Assembly: GCA_035498835.1 (NCBI GenBank)
Contig: DATJZU010000035.1
Coordinates: forward strand, 8,625-72,624
DNA from: Thermoanaerobaculia bacterium
GTDB taxonomy: Bacteria; Acidobacteriota; Thermoanaerobaculia; UBA5066; Gp7-AA6
Reading direction: 5' to 3'
DNA: 64,000 nt
The position numbers and the translations under genes are program-made. Of the stretch, positions 8,669-17,799 are shown piece by piece (positions within the stretch are counted from its first letter, which is position 1; each line of letters opens with the position of its first letter). The notes beneath the pieces are model-generated. The model worked only from the letters and a program-made list of their open reading frames with translations, was not told the origin of the DNA and ran no database searches.

Positions 8669-11656
8669 GTGAGGGTGAGCTGGTCTCGCGTTCTCTGCGT
8701 GCGCCGGGCCGACCCCTTCCGTCTCTCGGTCGGCGACCAGGCGACCGCCGATTTCGGGCCGGGGCTGCTCCGCTTCCTCAGTCTCGCGGACGCGGAAGGC
8801 CGGCGCCTGGGAGAAGGCTTCGCCGGGGAATGGGTCATCCCGATCGCCGCGGCCGGGACCGCCGCCTTCGCCGCCGTCGGCGAGGAGTTCAATCCGTGGA
8901 CGGCCGCGTCGAACTCGGTCATCTTCCACCGCGCCGTCCGCGACGGCGAGACCGTGGAGGCCACGGTCGAGGTGGCGAGCCTCAAGGGGACGTCCGTGCG
9001 GCTGCCGTACCGGATCGTCGGCGCCGAGTCGCGCGATCCCGTGGCGGAGGGCGAGTTCGTCTTCGTCTGCGTCGGCCCGAGTGGGCCGAGGCGCTTCGAT
9101 CCGCGGCTGGTGCCCCGGAGCGCGCCGGAAGCGGCCGGAGCCGTTGCTGGCCGCCCCCCGCTTCCCGTTGCGGTCGGCCGGCCGACGTGGCGTGCGCGCG
9201 CCGCGGGCGCCGTTCTGCCGCGGTCGCTCACGCGCGGCCTGCGCGTCGCGTACTGGCACGGCCTGGCCCAGCGGGGCCGCCGGACCTCGCCCGCCGAATT
9301 CCTGTCGGGCCTCCGAAGCGTGTGGCGGTCCGACGCGGGGCGCGGGACCGAAGCTCCGTTGTCCTTTCGGGATCGCCTTCTCGACGTCTTTCTGCCGCCG
9401 TCCGCCGCGGACGCGTTCCGCGCCGCGTGGCGTGCCCCGAGAGAGACCGCCGAAGCCGGGCCGATCCGGTTCGCGGTGCGGCCCGTCGCACTGGCGAAAG
9501 GCCAGAGCGTCGACCTCCCGATCGAGATCTCGAATCCGGCCGGCGTCTCGATCGACGCCGAGATCGAGATCGAAACGCCGTACGGTTTCGGACTGGCCGC
9601 CGACTGGACGAAGAGCGAAAGGGTGCGGCTTTCGCCGGGCCAGACGGCGGGCGCGTCCGTGAGGGTCACGGCGCTCCGCCCGGACGAGGTCAACCTCGGT
9701 CGTCCATGGCCTCTCGTGTGCCGCCTCCGGGCGGGAGCGGCGGTGCTCGGCTCCGATCGGATCGCGCTCGCCGTCGCGGACCCGGACCCCGGGTCGATCT
9801 TCTACGTCCTCACCGAGGACTGCGAGACGTTCGACGGCGGCGAGACGACGGGCGCGTACGGTGCGGCGGGCGTCCTCGGAAATCGCAACGGCTTCATGGA
9901 TCCGGAGGAGTACCGCGTCCAGATGATCGCGAAGCCCGACGCGCTGAACGCCATCGCGGAGAAGCACGGGGCGCGCTGGACGCACTTCTGGACGGCGCCG
10001 CAGCGCTTCGCGGCGGCGTGGGCGGCGAGCCGATCGAAGACGGGGGCGTGGGACGCGGTGGTCCGCCAGCTCGACGAGTCCGTGCGGCGGGGCTCGCGCG
10101 CGCACGAGTACGCGCCCCACATCCATTTCGACTACGAGCCCGACTCGAGCCTTCCGCCGCAGCCCCGTCTCGTGTACGACGCGAAGACGGACGGAATCCT
10201 TCCGGCCGAGTACTACGATCCGGTATCCAATCCCGACCACCGGTACCACGGCTGGGATGGCGCCCGGAAGGGGATCGCCTACGTGCGCCGCGAGGGAGAT
10301 CTCTCCGACGTCGATTCGAAGAAGGGCTCCCTGCGCAAGTCCGTGCGCTATCTGGCGGATCTGTCTTTCGCCGGGCGCCTCTCCCGATGCGCCCGAACGG
10401 GGGCGGCCGACTTCGGAGCGGCGCCGGCGGATCTCGGTGCGAGCGCGCGCGCGGCCGCGGCCAACGGCCTCGTGGCCAACTCGGATGCCGGGGTCTATGC
10501 GGCGAAGAGCCCGCTGCCGCGGGGCCGGCAGATCTACTTCTGCCGACCGGACGACCTGGACGCGGAGATCGAGGAGCTCTCCGCCGCCGCGCTCGTCGAG
10601 CTGCGCGCGCCCGACTTTCAGCTCGAGCAGGGATCGCTCGAGGAGCTCAACGCGTGGTTCGACCGCCGATACCTCGAATCCCGGGGCCCCGGCGTGCGGG
10701 CGATCATCGCGATGACCCACGCGATGTTCGTCAAAGGCGCGCCGGATCCGTTTCGGGACACGGCGGGAGGCGATTTCGACAAGATCGACCATCACCTGGA
10801 GCACGTGGCCCGCGCACACCCCGACGTCCGGTTCGCGACGGCATCGGAAGCGGCGCTCGAGTTCCTCGACTACTACACGCCGGTGCCGCGCGCCGTGGCG
10901 CTCGAGGCGCGAGCCCGATCCGCCGACGGAACCGTATGGATCCACCCCGTCCGGATCCTGGGCAAGGGGATTCCGCTTCCCGCGCGGCTGACGGTGCAGG
11001 CACCGCCGCATCTGGACGCGCACGCGATCCGTTCCCTCGCGATCCTCGACGCCGGAGAGCCGATGCCGGATTGCTCCTGGACGGCGAGCCCGGGAGAGCT
11101 CGCCTCGGCGGAGTTCACGGCGGTGCGGCGGGAAGGGTACGCCCTGCGCGTCGAGACATCGCGCTCGATCGAGCACCGGCTCTGCGGCGCCGCGGTCCCG
11201 GCCGCGCCCGGCCCTCTCTTCGAGGAGGCCGGCGACGGGAGCGACGCCCGGGCCGATCTCCTTCGGCTCGATCCGCCGGAGCTCCTCCGCGGAGAGGTCC
11301 GAGGCATCGACGCCGTGAAGCCGGGCGACCGCTGGGAGTGGCGTTACCCGGGCGACCTCTTTCACCTGCTCGTCCATCCCGTCGCGGGCAACGCGCATCC
11401 CCTCGGACGGCGTCTCCATCCGTACGGGCGGTATTCCGAGGGCATCGCGATCGACGCCGCCCGGCGGGTGCTCGGGCCCGGCATCCGGCCGGCGGGATTC
11501 GAGCTCCAGTGGGTTCGGCCCGTGCGGGGCGGCGCGGATTTTCGCGTCGCGTGCCTGCTCGAGGCGATGACAGCCGAAGCGGCCGTCATGCAAACTTCGG
11601 TCGAAGAGTCGGGAGTCGAGGTCGCGCGGATCCGTCTGTCACTGGCGCGGTCTTAG
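8669..11656 (+). CDS. multidomain protein: N-terminal hotdog-fold thioesterase-like domain, central beta-sandwich-like segment, C-terminal NodB/polysaccharide-deacetylase-like or glycoside-hydrolase-like domain (995 aa)
   Basis: GTG start, continuous ORF. The N-terminal ~145 aa (GEWVIPIAAAGTAAF...VEATVEVASLKGTSVRLPYRIVG...GEFVFVCVG) resemble 4HBT-type thioesterases. Downstream motifs FYVLTEDCETFDGG and HEYAPHIHFD are reminiscent of the NodB/CE4 TFDDG and His motifs. Family assignment of the large domain is uncertain. Confidence 0.6.
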   Translation: MRVSWSRVLCVRRADPFRLSVGDQATADFGPGLLRFLSLADAEGRRLGEGFAGEWVIPIAAAGTAAFAAVGEEFNPWTAASNSVIFHRAVRDGETVEATVEVASLKGTSVRLPYRIVGAESRDPVAEGEFVFVCVGPSGPRRFDPRLVPRSAPEAAGAVAGRPPLPVAVGRPTWRARAAGAVLPRSLTRGLRVAYWHGLAQRGRRTSPAEFLSGLRSVWRSDAGRGTEAPLSFRDRLLDVFLPPSAADAFRAAWRAPRETAEAGPIRFAVRPVALAKGQSVDLPIEISNPAGVSIDAEIEIETPYGFGLAADWTKSERVRLSPGQTAGASVRVTALRPDEVNLGRPWPLVCRLRAGAAVLGSDRIALAVADPDPGSIFYVLTEDCETFDGGETTGAYGAAGVLGNRNGFMDPEEYRVQMIAKPDALNAIAEKHGARWTHFWTAPQRFAAAWAASRSKTGAWDAVVRQLDESVRRGSRAHEYAPHIHFDYEPDSSLPPQPRLVYDAKTDGILPAEYYDPVSNPDHRYHGWDGARKGIAYVRREGDLSDVDSKKGSLRKSVRYLADLSFAGRLSRCARTGAADFGAAPADLGASARAAAANGLVANSDAGVYAAKSPLPRGRQIYFCRPDDLDAEIEELSAAALVELRAPDFQLEQGSLEELNAWFDRRYLESRGPGVRAIIAMTHAMFVKGAPDPFRDTAGGDFDKIDHHLEHVARAHPDVRFATASEAALEFLDYYTPVPRAVALEARARSADGTVWIHPVRILGKGIPLPARLTVQAPPHLDAHAIRSLAILDAGEPMPDCSWTASPGELASAEFTAVRREGYALRVETSRSIEHRLCGAAVPAAPGPLFEEAGDGSDARADLLRLDPPELLRGEVRGIDAVKPGDRWEWRYPGDLFHLLVHPVAGNAHPLGRRLHPYGRYSEGIAIDAARRVLGPGIRPAGFELQWVRPVRGGADFRVACLLEAMTAEAAVMQTSVEESGVEVARIRLSLARS

Positions 11657-11678
11657 GAGCATGTAGACTCGCGCCGCT

Positions 11679-12719
11679 GTGGCGGCCGAGTCGATCGTCG
11701 TCGTCTGTCCCGACACGAACGTCCGCCTTTGGGTCTCCCGCGCCTCCGAAGCGCCGACGGGAGGGGGCAAGACCTCGATCCTCCAGCTCGCGGCCGCCTG
11801 GGTGAGGGCCGGCCACTCCGTCACGATCGCGGCATCGGCGGCTCGCCCCGAGGACCGCGACGGCATCGCCGTCCGCGAGATCGAGGCGGCGGCGGGAGAC
11901 TACGACGTCGCGATCTTCGTGACGGGCTCGCTCGGCCATTTCCGCGCGCCGGGTGTCGACGCGATCCGCGCGGACCGCCGGCTGTTCTGGCAGAACGGCC
12001 CGGGAAGGGCAGAGCTTCCGCCCGGCCGGGTGGACTGGTACGTCGCGCCGGCGAAGTTTCTCGCCCGGCGCGCCGTGGACGAGTGGGGGCATCCTCCCGA
12101 GAAGGTCGTCGTCATTCCCGGCGAAGCGGTGCGCCGCCGGCGCGCGGTCTCCGAGGCCGCGTCGCGCGATCCGCTCGCGGCGGTCTACGCGAGCCACCCG
12201 TTCAAAGGGCTCCGGGAAGCGGTCGAGGTGCTCGGGCATCTGCGCGCGGAGTTTCCCGACGTGCGGCTCGACGTGTACGGCTCCGAGCGATTGTGGGCCG
12301 ACGGCGCCGCGCCGTCCGCGGAGCGCGTTCTGCCGGAGTGGGTGCGCCGCGCCGGAGAGACGCCGCAGAGCGAAGTCGAGCGCCGCATGGCGGACTACGG
12401 ATTGATGCTGTACCTGACCGAATGGGTGGACGGGTTCTCGCTTTCCACCGCCGAGGCGCTCGCGGCGGGAGTCGTCGTCATCGCCACGGCGCACGGAGCG
12501 AACGCCGAGTTCCTGAGGCACGGCTGGAACGGCTTTCTCGTGGGCTCGGACGGCGGCCGCCCAGACCTGCTCGAGGCGCAGAGTCTCGCGCGCGCCTATC
12601 TGCGCGATCCGGCGGCCTTTGCCGGCGTCCGCGCCAACGCCATGGCGTCCGTGCCCACCTGGGACGAGCAGGCCGACGAGTGGCGCCGTCTGTGGCGGTC
12701 GCCCCTCAGGGGCGCCTAA
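11679..12719 (+). CDS. GT4 family glycosyltransferase (GT-B)
   Basis: GTG start 23 nt after the previous stop. Motifs GGGKTSILQLA and EGFSLSTAEALAAGVVVIATAHGANAEFL (EX7E signature). Confidence 0.8.
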   Translation: MAAESIVVVCPDTNVRLWVSRASEAPTGGGKTSILQLAAAWVRAGHSVTIAASAARPEDRDGIAVREIEAAAGDYDVAIFVTGSLGHFRAPGVDAIRADRRLFWQNGPGRAELPPGRVDWYVAPAKFLARRAVDEWGHPPEKVVVIPGEAVRRRRAVSEAASRDPLAAVYASHPFKGLREAVEVLGHLRAEFPDVRLDVYGSERLWADGAAPSAERVLPEWVRRAGETPQSEVERRMADYGLMLYLTEWVDGFSLSTAEALAAGVVVIATAHGANAEFLRHGWNGFLVGSDGGRPDLLEAQSLARAYLRDPAAFAGVRANAMASVPTWDEQADEWRRLWRSPLRGA

Positions 12720-12792
12720 AGGCCGATTTCGGGGGGATCCGGCGGGTTACAATTTTCTCCTCGGGCCGGAACGCCCAAACAAAGGACAGATC

Positions 12793-14826
12793 TTGAGGAT
12801 TCGGGGAAGAGGACTCTTTCGCGCGGCCCGCGCGTGCCTCGCCGTCCTGGCGCTCGGCGCCGGCGCGGCCGCCGCGCGCGCGCAGCCCGCCCCGGATGTC
12901 ACGCTCCAGCCGTACATCGGGTCCCTGACGTACCCCCTGGGGTTCGTCAACGCGGGCGACGGCAGCGGCCGCAACTTCGTCGTCACACAGTTCGGAAAGA
13001 TCTTCGTGTACCAGGGAAACACCGGCCTCGGCACGTTCCTGGACGTGAGCGGGCTCCTCCCTTGCGGCGATCCGAGTGCGGGGGGCTGCGGCGAGCAGGG
13101 GCTGCTCGGCCTCGCGTTCCACCCGAACTACGCGTCCAACGGGCTCTTCTTCATCGATTACACGAACGTGGACGGCGACGAGGTGATCGCGCGCTACAAG
13201 GTCTCGTCCGACCCGAACGTCGCCGACCCGGCGAGCGCGACGATCCTCCTCGTCGTGCCCGACCCGTTTCCCAACCACAACGGCGGCCAGCTCCAGTTCG
13301 GGCCCGACGGATACCTCTACATCGCGATGGGCGACGGCGGTTCCGGCGGCGACCCGGGCAACCGCGCACAGAACCTCGGCGTGCTGCTCGGCAAGATCTT
13401 GCGGATCGACGTGGACGGATCGGGAACGGTGCCCTGCGGCCAGTCCACGCCGATGCCCTACGCCATTCCGGACGACAACCCGTTCGTCGGCGCCGCGGGC
13501 GCCTGCGAAGAGGTCTGGGCCTACGGCATGCGGAATCCCTGGCGCTTCAGCTTCGACCGCGAGAACGGCGATCTCTTCATCGGGGACGTCGGGCAAGACC
13601 TCTACGAGGAGGTCGACGACCAGCCGGCGGGCACGCCCGGCGGCCGCAACTACGGCTGGCGCCGCATGGAAGGCTTCCACTGCTACGACCCCGCGGCCAA
13701 CTGCGACGACGGCACGCTGACGCACCCGATCCTCGAGCACGACCACTCCCTCGGCTGCGCGGTGACCGGCGGCTACGTCTATCGCGGCGCGGCCTACCCG
13801 CAGTTGAACGGCGTCTACGTCTACGGCGACTACTGCAGCGGGACGATCTGGGGCGCGGTGCGCGACGCGGCGGGCGTCTGGTCGGAGCGCGCGATCGGGA
13901 CGTCGCAGCTCATCAGCTCCTTCGGCGAGGATGAAGCGGGGGAGCTCTACGTCGTCGAGCACAGCGGTTCGGTGAAGAAAGTCACCAGCGCAACCGCATT
14001 CCTCAAGCCGTCGGTCTCCGCGCTCGCGCCGGGCGCGGCCGTCAAGGGCGACCCGGGAATCCTCCTCACGGTGGACGGTTCGGGCTTCACGCCTTCGTCG
14101 ATCGTGCGGTGGAATGGATCCGGCCGGGCGACGACCTACGTGTCCCGCACGCGTCTCGAGGCGGCGATCCCGGCCGGCGACCTGGCCGCGCCGGGGACGG
14201 CTTCGGTGGCGGTCGCGAACCCGGCGCCGGGCGGCGGCGTCTCGGCGGGAATGACGTTTTCGATCACAAACCGCTTCCTCGACGTGCCGCTCGCGTATCC
14301 GCTGCGGCGTCCGATCGAAGGGATCGCGGCGGCGGGGATCACGACGGGATGCGGCGACCGCATCTTCTGCCCGGAGTCCCCGGTGACGCGCGACCAGATG
14401 GCCGTGCTTCTCCTCCGCGGCGAGCACGGCTCGTCCTATGCGCCGCCAGGGGCGACCGGCACGATCTTCTCCGACGTCTCCAAGACGGCGTTCGCCGCGG
14501 CGTTCATCGAGCGGCTCTCCGCGGAAGGGATCACGACCGGCTGCGGCATGGGGAACTACTGTCCCGCCGTGCCGGTGACCCGCGCGCCGATGGCGAAGTT
14601 CCTGCTGCGCGCGCACGATGGCCCGACCTATCAGCCGCCGCCCGCGCAGGGAGTCTTCACGGACGTGCCGGCGTCGGCGCCGTTCGCCGCGTGGATCGAA
14701 GAGCTGTCCGCCCGCGGCATCACGACGGGCTGCGGCGGCGGCAAGTTCTGTCCCGACATGACCGTCACGCGCGCCCAGATGGCCGCGTTTCTCGCCCGGA
14801 CGTTTTCCATTTCGTTGCCGCCTTAG
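12793..14826 (+). CDS. secreted PQQ-dependent sugar dehydrogenase-like beta-propeller (GSDH/YliI family) + IPT/TIG-like domain + three C-terminal SLH repeats
   Basis: TTG start with an AAGGA Shine-Dalgarno 6 nt upstream. Signal peptide LRIRGRGLFRAARACLAVLALGAGAAAARA. GSDH hallmarks FHPNY...DGYLYIAMGDGG...YGMRNPWRFSFD...GRNYGWRRMEG. Three repeats of the form ...EGIAAAGITTGCGDRIFCPESPVTRDQMAVLLLRG. Confidence 0.8.
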   Translation: MRIRGRGLFRAARACLAVLALGAGAAAARAQPAPDVTLQPYIGSLTYPLGFVNAGDGSGRNFVVTQFGKIFVYQGNTGLGTFLDVSGLLPCGDPSAGGCGEQGLLGLAFHPNYASNGLFFIDYTNVDGDEVIARYKVSSDPNVADPASATILLVVPDPFPNHNGGQLQFGPDGYLYIAMGDGGSGGDPGNRAQNLGVLLGKILRIDVDGSGTVPCGQSTPMPYAIPDDNPFVGAAGACEEVWAYGMRNPWRFSFDRENGDLFIGDVGQDLYEEVDDQPAGTPGGRNYGWRRMEGFHCYDPAANCDDGTLTHPILEHDHSLGCAVTGGYVYRGAAYPQLNGVYVYGDYCSGTIWGAVRDAAGVWSERAIGTSQLISSFGEDEAGELYVVEHSGSVKKVTSATAFLKPSVSALAPGAAVKGDPGILLTVDGSGFTPSSIVRWNGSGRATTYVSRTRLEAAIPAGDLAAPGTASVAVANPAPGGGVSAGMTFSITNRFLDVPLAYPLRRPIEGIAAAGITTGCGDRIFCPESPVTRDQMAVLLLRGEHGSSYAPPGATGTIFSDVSKTAFAAAFIERLSAEGITTGCGMGNYCPAVPVTRAPMAKFLLRAHDGPTYQPPPAQGVFTDVPASAPFAAWIEELSARGITTGCGGGKFCPDMTVTRAQMAAFLARTFSISLPP

Positions 14827-14861
14827 GGGAAGTGAGGGAGGAGGTCCTCGAGAGGCCCAGA

Positions 14862-16937
14862 ATGACATCCGCACCGCCCGCCCCGCGGCGGGGAACAACG
14901 AGAGCCGGAGCCCGGCTCTTCTTGATCCTCGTCGCCGCTTCTTTGAGCGCGCTCCCCGCGCCCGCGGCCACGCTCGGCGGACCCGTGCCGCCGCCGCTGC
15001 CGCTCTTCCCGCAATCCAACTGGTGGAACCTGAACATCTCCGCCGCTCCGCTCGACCCGGGCTCGGCGTCGTACATCACGTTCCTCGGCGCCGGCGGCGT
15101 GACCGGCGCGCATCCGGATTTCGGCGGCAACAACGGGCCGGTCGCGATCTACGGCTTCCCGTATTGCGTCGTCCCGGGAAGCCAGGCGAAGAAGGCGGTC
15201 ACGTTCCAGTACTGGGACGAGAGCGACGGCGTCGACTACGGCACGCACGCCGGCCTGCCGTTCTATCCGATCCCCGACGAGGCGATCACGCAGAACCACT
15301 GGATCGAGGGCGGCCAGCCCGGCAACGCCACCGTCAGCGGCGATCGCCACATGCTCATCCTCGACCAGGACAACAAGATGCTTTACGAGCTCTTCGCGCT
15401 CAAGTGGGACACGACGAACTCGCGGTGGAAGGCGGGCTCGGGTGCCGCGTTCGACCTCAAGAAGAACGGCCGCCGTCCCGACACGTGGACGTCCGCCGAT
15501 GCCGCGGGGCTCGCGATCCTGCCCGGACTGGTGCGATATGACGAGGTGTACGGTCCCGGCGAGATCGGGCACGCCTTCCGCGTGACGGTGCGCGACTCGG
15601 ACGGCTACGTCTATCCCGCGTCGCACGACGCCGGCTCGCAGGCGGGCGCTCTGCCGATGGGCGCGCGGCTCCGTCTCAAAGCGTCGAAGGACATCTCGGG
15701 CTACGACCCCGCCGTGCAGAAGATCTTCCGCGCGATGAAGAAGTACGGCTTGATCGTGGCCGACAACGGGACCGACCTCTACGTCAGCGGGAGCTGGGAC
15801 ACGCGGTGGGACAACGACATCCTGAATCCCGCCTTCGGCGATCTCGCGCCGTCGGACTTCGAGGTCGTCACGCTGGGATACATGCCCCAGGTCGCCGCGG
15901 GCCTCGCCGTCGACGCGCACTCCGGGACGGGAACGACGTCCGACGCCAACGGCGTCCTCGAGCCCGGCGAGACCGTGCTGGTCGAGCCGTCGTGGACCTA
16001 CCAGGGGAATTCGTCGAAGTCTCTGACCGGCGCTGCCTCGGCGCTCGCGGGACCGGCCGGCGCTTCCTATACGCTCGCCGACGCGGCGGCGTCCTACGGG
16101 ACGGTCCCGGCCGTCGCAACGGGAGACGGCGCGACGGTCTCCTGCACGGGCGCCGGCGGCAATTGCTATCGCATCGCGGTCTCGGCGCCGGCGGTCCGGC
16201 CGGCGGCGCACTGGGACGCGACCGTCACCGAGACGCTGTCGACGAGCGGCGTCTGGAAGTGGACGCTCCACGTGGGCGATAGCTTCGCCGACGTGCCGCG
16301 CACGAACCCCTTCTACGCGAAGATCGAGACGCTCTTCCACCACGGTGTCACGTCGGGCTGCGCCGCGGGCCTCTACTGTCCCGACGACGCGGTCGTGCGC
16401 TATCAGATGGCGATCTTCCTCGCGAACACGCTCGCCCGCGGCGGTTCGAACGTGCCGGCCTCCGGCTCGTGGAACGGGCAGGCCTACAACTGCAAGGCGG
16501 GAGGCGTCTCGATCTTTCTCGACATCGCGCCGACGGACGCCTTCTGCAAGCACGCGCACTACCTGGCGGTCCAGAACGTGACGCTCGGATGCTCCGGGAA
16601 CTTCTTCTGCCCGAGCGCCGCCGTGTCGCGTCTCGAGATGGCGGGATTCGTCGCGCGGGAGATGGTCGCGCCGGGCGGCGGCGGCGCGGTCCCGGCGGCC
16701 TACGGCCCCGATCCCGTCACCGGACGTTCCTACAGCTGCAGCACGACCGCCCCGAACATCCATTTCACCGACGTGCCCTCGACCGACCCGTACTGCAAGC
16801 TCGCCCACTACCTCTGGGCGCGCGGCGTGATCGCCGGCTGCACGCCGACCGACTACTGCGCGGGCTCCCCCGTCACGCGCGGCGAGATGTCGAAGTTTCT
16901 TTCGAACGCGGCGGGGCTGACTCTGTACGGTTCGTAG
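14862..16937 (+). CDS. secreted protein of unknown N-terminal family with three C-terminal SLH repeats
   Basis: ATG preceded by GGGAGGAGG. Signal peptide MTSAPPAPRRGTTRAGARLFLILVAASLSALPAPAA. C-terminal repeats FADVPRTNPFYAKIETLFHHGVTSGCAAGLYCPDDAVVRYQMAIFL / FLDIAPTDAFCKHAHYLAVQNVTLGCSGNFFCPSAAVSRLEMAGFV / FTDVPSTDPYCKLAHYLWARGVIAGCTPTDYCAGSPVTRGEMSKFL. Confidence 0.8.
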   Translation: MTSAPPAPRRGTTRAGARLFLILVAASLSALPAPAATLGGPVPPPLPLFPQSNWWNLNISAAPLDPGSASYITFLGAGGVTGAHPDFGGNNGPVAIYGFPYCVVPGSQAKKAVTFQYWDESDGVDYGTHAGLPFYPIPDEAITQNHWIEGGQPGNATVSGDRHMLILDQDNKMLYELFALKWDTTNSRWKAGSGAAFDLKKNGRRPDTWTSADAAGLAILPGLVRYDEVYGPGEIGHAFRVTVRDSDGYVYPASHDAGSQAGALPMGARLRLKASKDISGYDPAVQKIFRAMKKYGLIVADNGTDLYVSGSWDTRWDNDILNPAFGDLAPSDFEVVTLGYMPQVAAGLAVDAHSGTGTTSDANGVLEPGETVLVEPSWTYQGNSSKSLTGAASALAGPAGASYTLADAAASYGTVPAVATGDGATVSCTGAGGNCYRIAVSAPAVRPAAHWDATVTETLSTSGVWKWTLHVGDSFADVPRTNPFYAKIETLFHHGVTSGCAAGLYCPDDAVVRYQMAIFLANTLARGGSNVPASGSWNGQAYNCKAGGVSIFLDIAPTDAFCKHAHYLAVQNVTLGCSGNFFCPSAAVSRLEMAGFVAREMVAPGGGGAVPAAYGPDPVTGRSYSCSTTAPNIHFTDVPSTDPYCKLAHYLWARGVIAGCTPTDYCAGSPVTRGEMSKFLSNAAGLTLYGS

Positions 16938-16974
16938 CGGCGCGATCCGCCGTGTGCCGGACCCCGCCGATTCG

Positions 16975-17799
16975 CTACCACTTCTCCCAGACCGAGAGGT
17001 CCTGATAGCGGTTGAGGCCGTTCTCGCGGAAGTGCCGCAGGCCGAAGCAGCGGCCCCAGGTCGCGACGAGGTACTCGCGCGAGTGGAACGCCGAATCGTC
17101 GTTGAATCGGCCGCCGCCCGCGGCAAAGACGAAACCGCGCCGGGCGAGGGCCTGGCGGTCATCCTCCGAAAGGTCGGGCCGGCTCCAGGAGAGCCCGGGA
17201 GCGTGGGTCGAGGCGATCAGGAGGCCGCCCGGGCGCATCACGCGATGGAGCTCGGCGAGCCAGGCCAGCTGGCGCTCCTCGGACAGGTGGGTGAAGACCG
17301 ACCCGGCGTAGACGACGTCCATGTGCCCCGGCGGCAGTGCGGTCGGCGGATCGGCCGCGACGCGCGCGTATCGGCCTCGGACGTGCGACGCCGTCCATTG
17401 GAGCGCCTCCTCGTCCACGTCGATTCCCCAGAGCTCGCCGATCGGAACGGTCCGTTCCAGATGGCGCGCGACGCGGCCGCAGCCGCAGCCGAAGTCGAGC
17501 CAGCGCGCGTAGCGGCTCGCCGGTTGCCGGCTCGCTTCGAAGACGTCGCGGATGTTTTCCGACGCTTCCCGGCCGGCCGAGAGAAAGGTCGCGCGCGAGC
17601 TCGTTCCCGAGACGCGGTAGCGGAGCCGGGGCGGCGGCAACGGGTCTTCGTGGAATCGGTCGAGGATGTCCGGAACGAGGTCGCGAAGACGCACCGGTGT
17701 TTCGCGAAGCAGGAGCCGGCCGCGCCGGCGCCAGTCGAGCGGCACACGCCGCCGTGCGATCGCCCGGATTCGGCCGCTATCGGCCGCGTTCGTGCTCAT
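16975..17799 (-). CDS. class I SAM-dependent methyltransferase
   Basis: Motifs LDFGCGCGRVARHL, VVYAGSVFTHL and VMRPGGLL. The start ATG at 17799 overlaps the wzt stop (ATGA), so it is the last gene of the wecB-GT-wzm-wzt operon. Confidence 0.75.
   Translation of the reverse strand: MSTNAADSGRIRAIARRRVPLDWRRRGRLLLRETPVRLRDLVPDILDRFHEDPLPPPRLRYRVSGTSSRATFLSAGREASENIRDVFEASRQPASRYARWLDFGCGCGRVARHLERTVPIGELWGIDVDEEALQWTASHVRGRYARVAADPPTALPPGHMDVVYAGSVFTHLSEERQLAWLAELHRVMRPGGLLIASTHAPGLSWSRPDLSEDDRQALARRGFVFAAGGGRFNDDSAFHSREYLVATWGRCFGLRHFRENGLNRYQDLSVWEKW

Noticed and set aside
8564-11593. 1009-aa minus-strand ORF and 8830..11805 plus-strand ORF
   Set aside because: Out-of-frame or antisense shadows of the 8669..11656 gene. 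Extreme Arg/Gly/Pro content.
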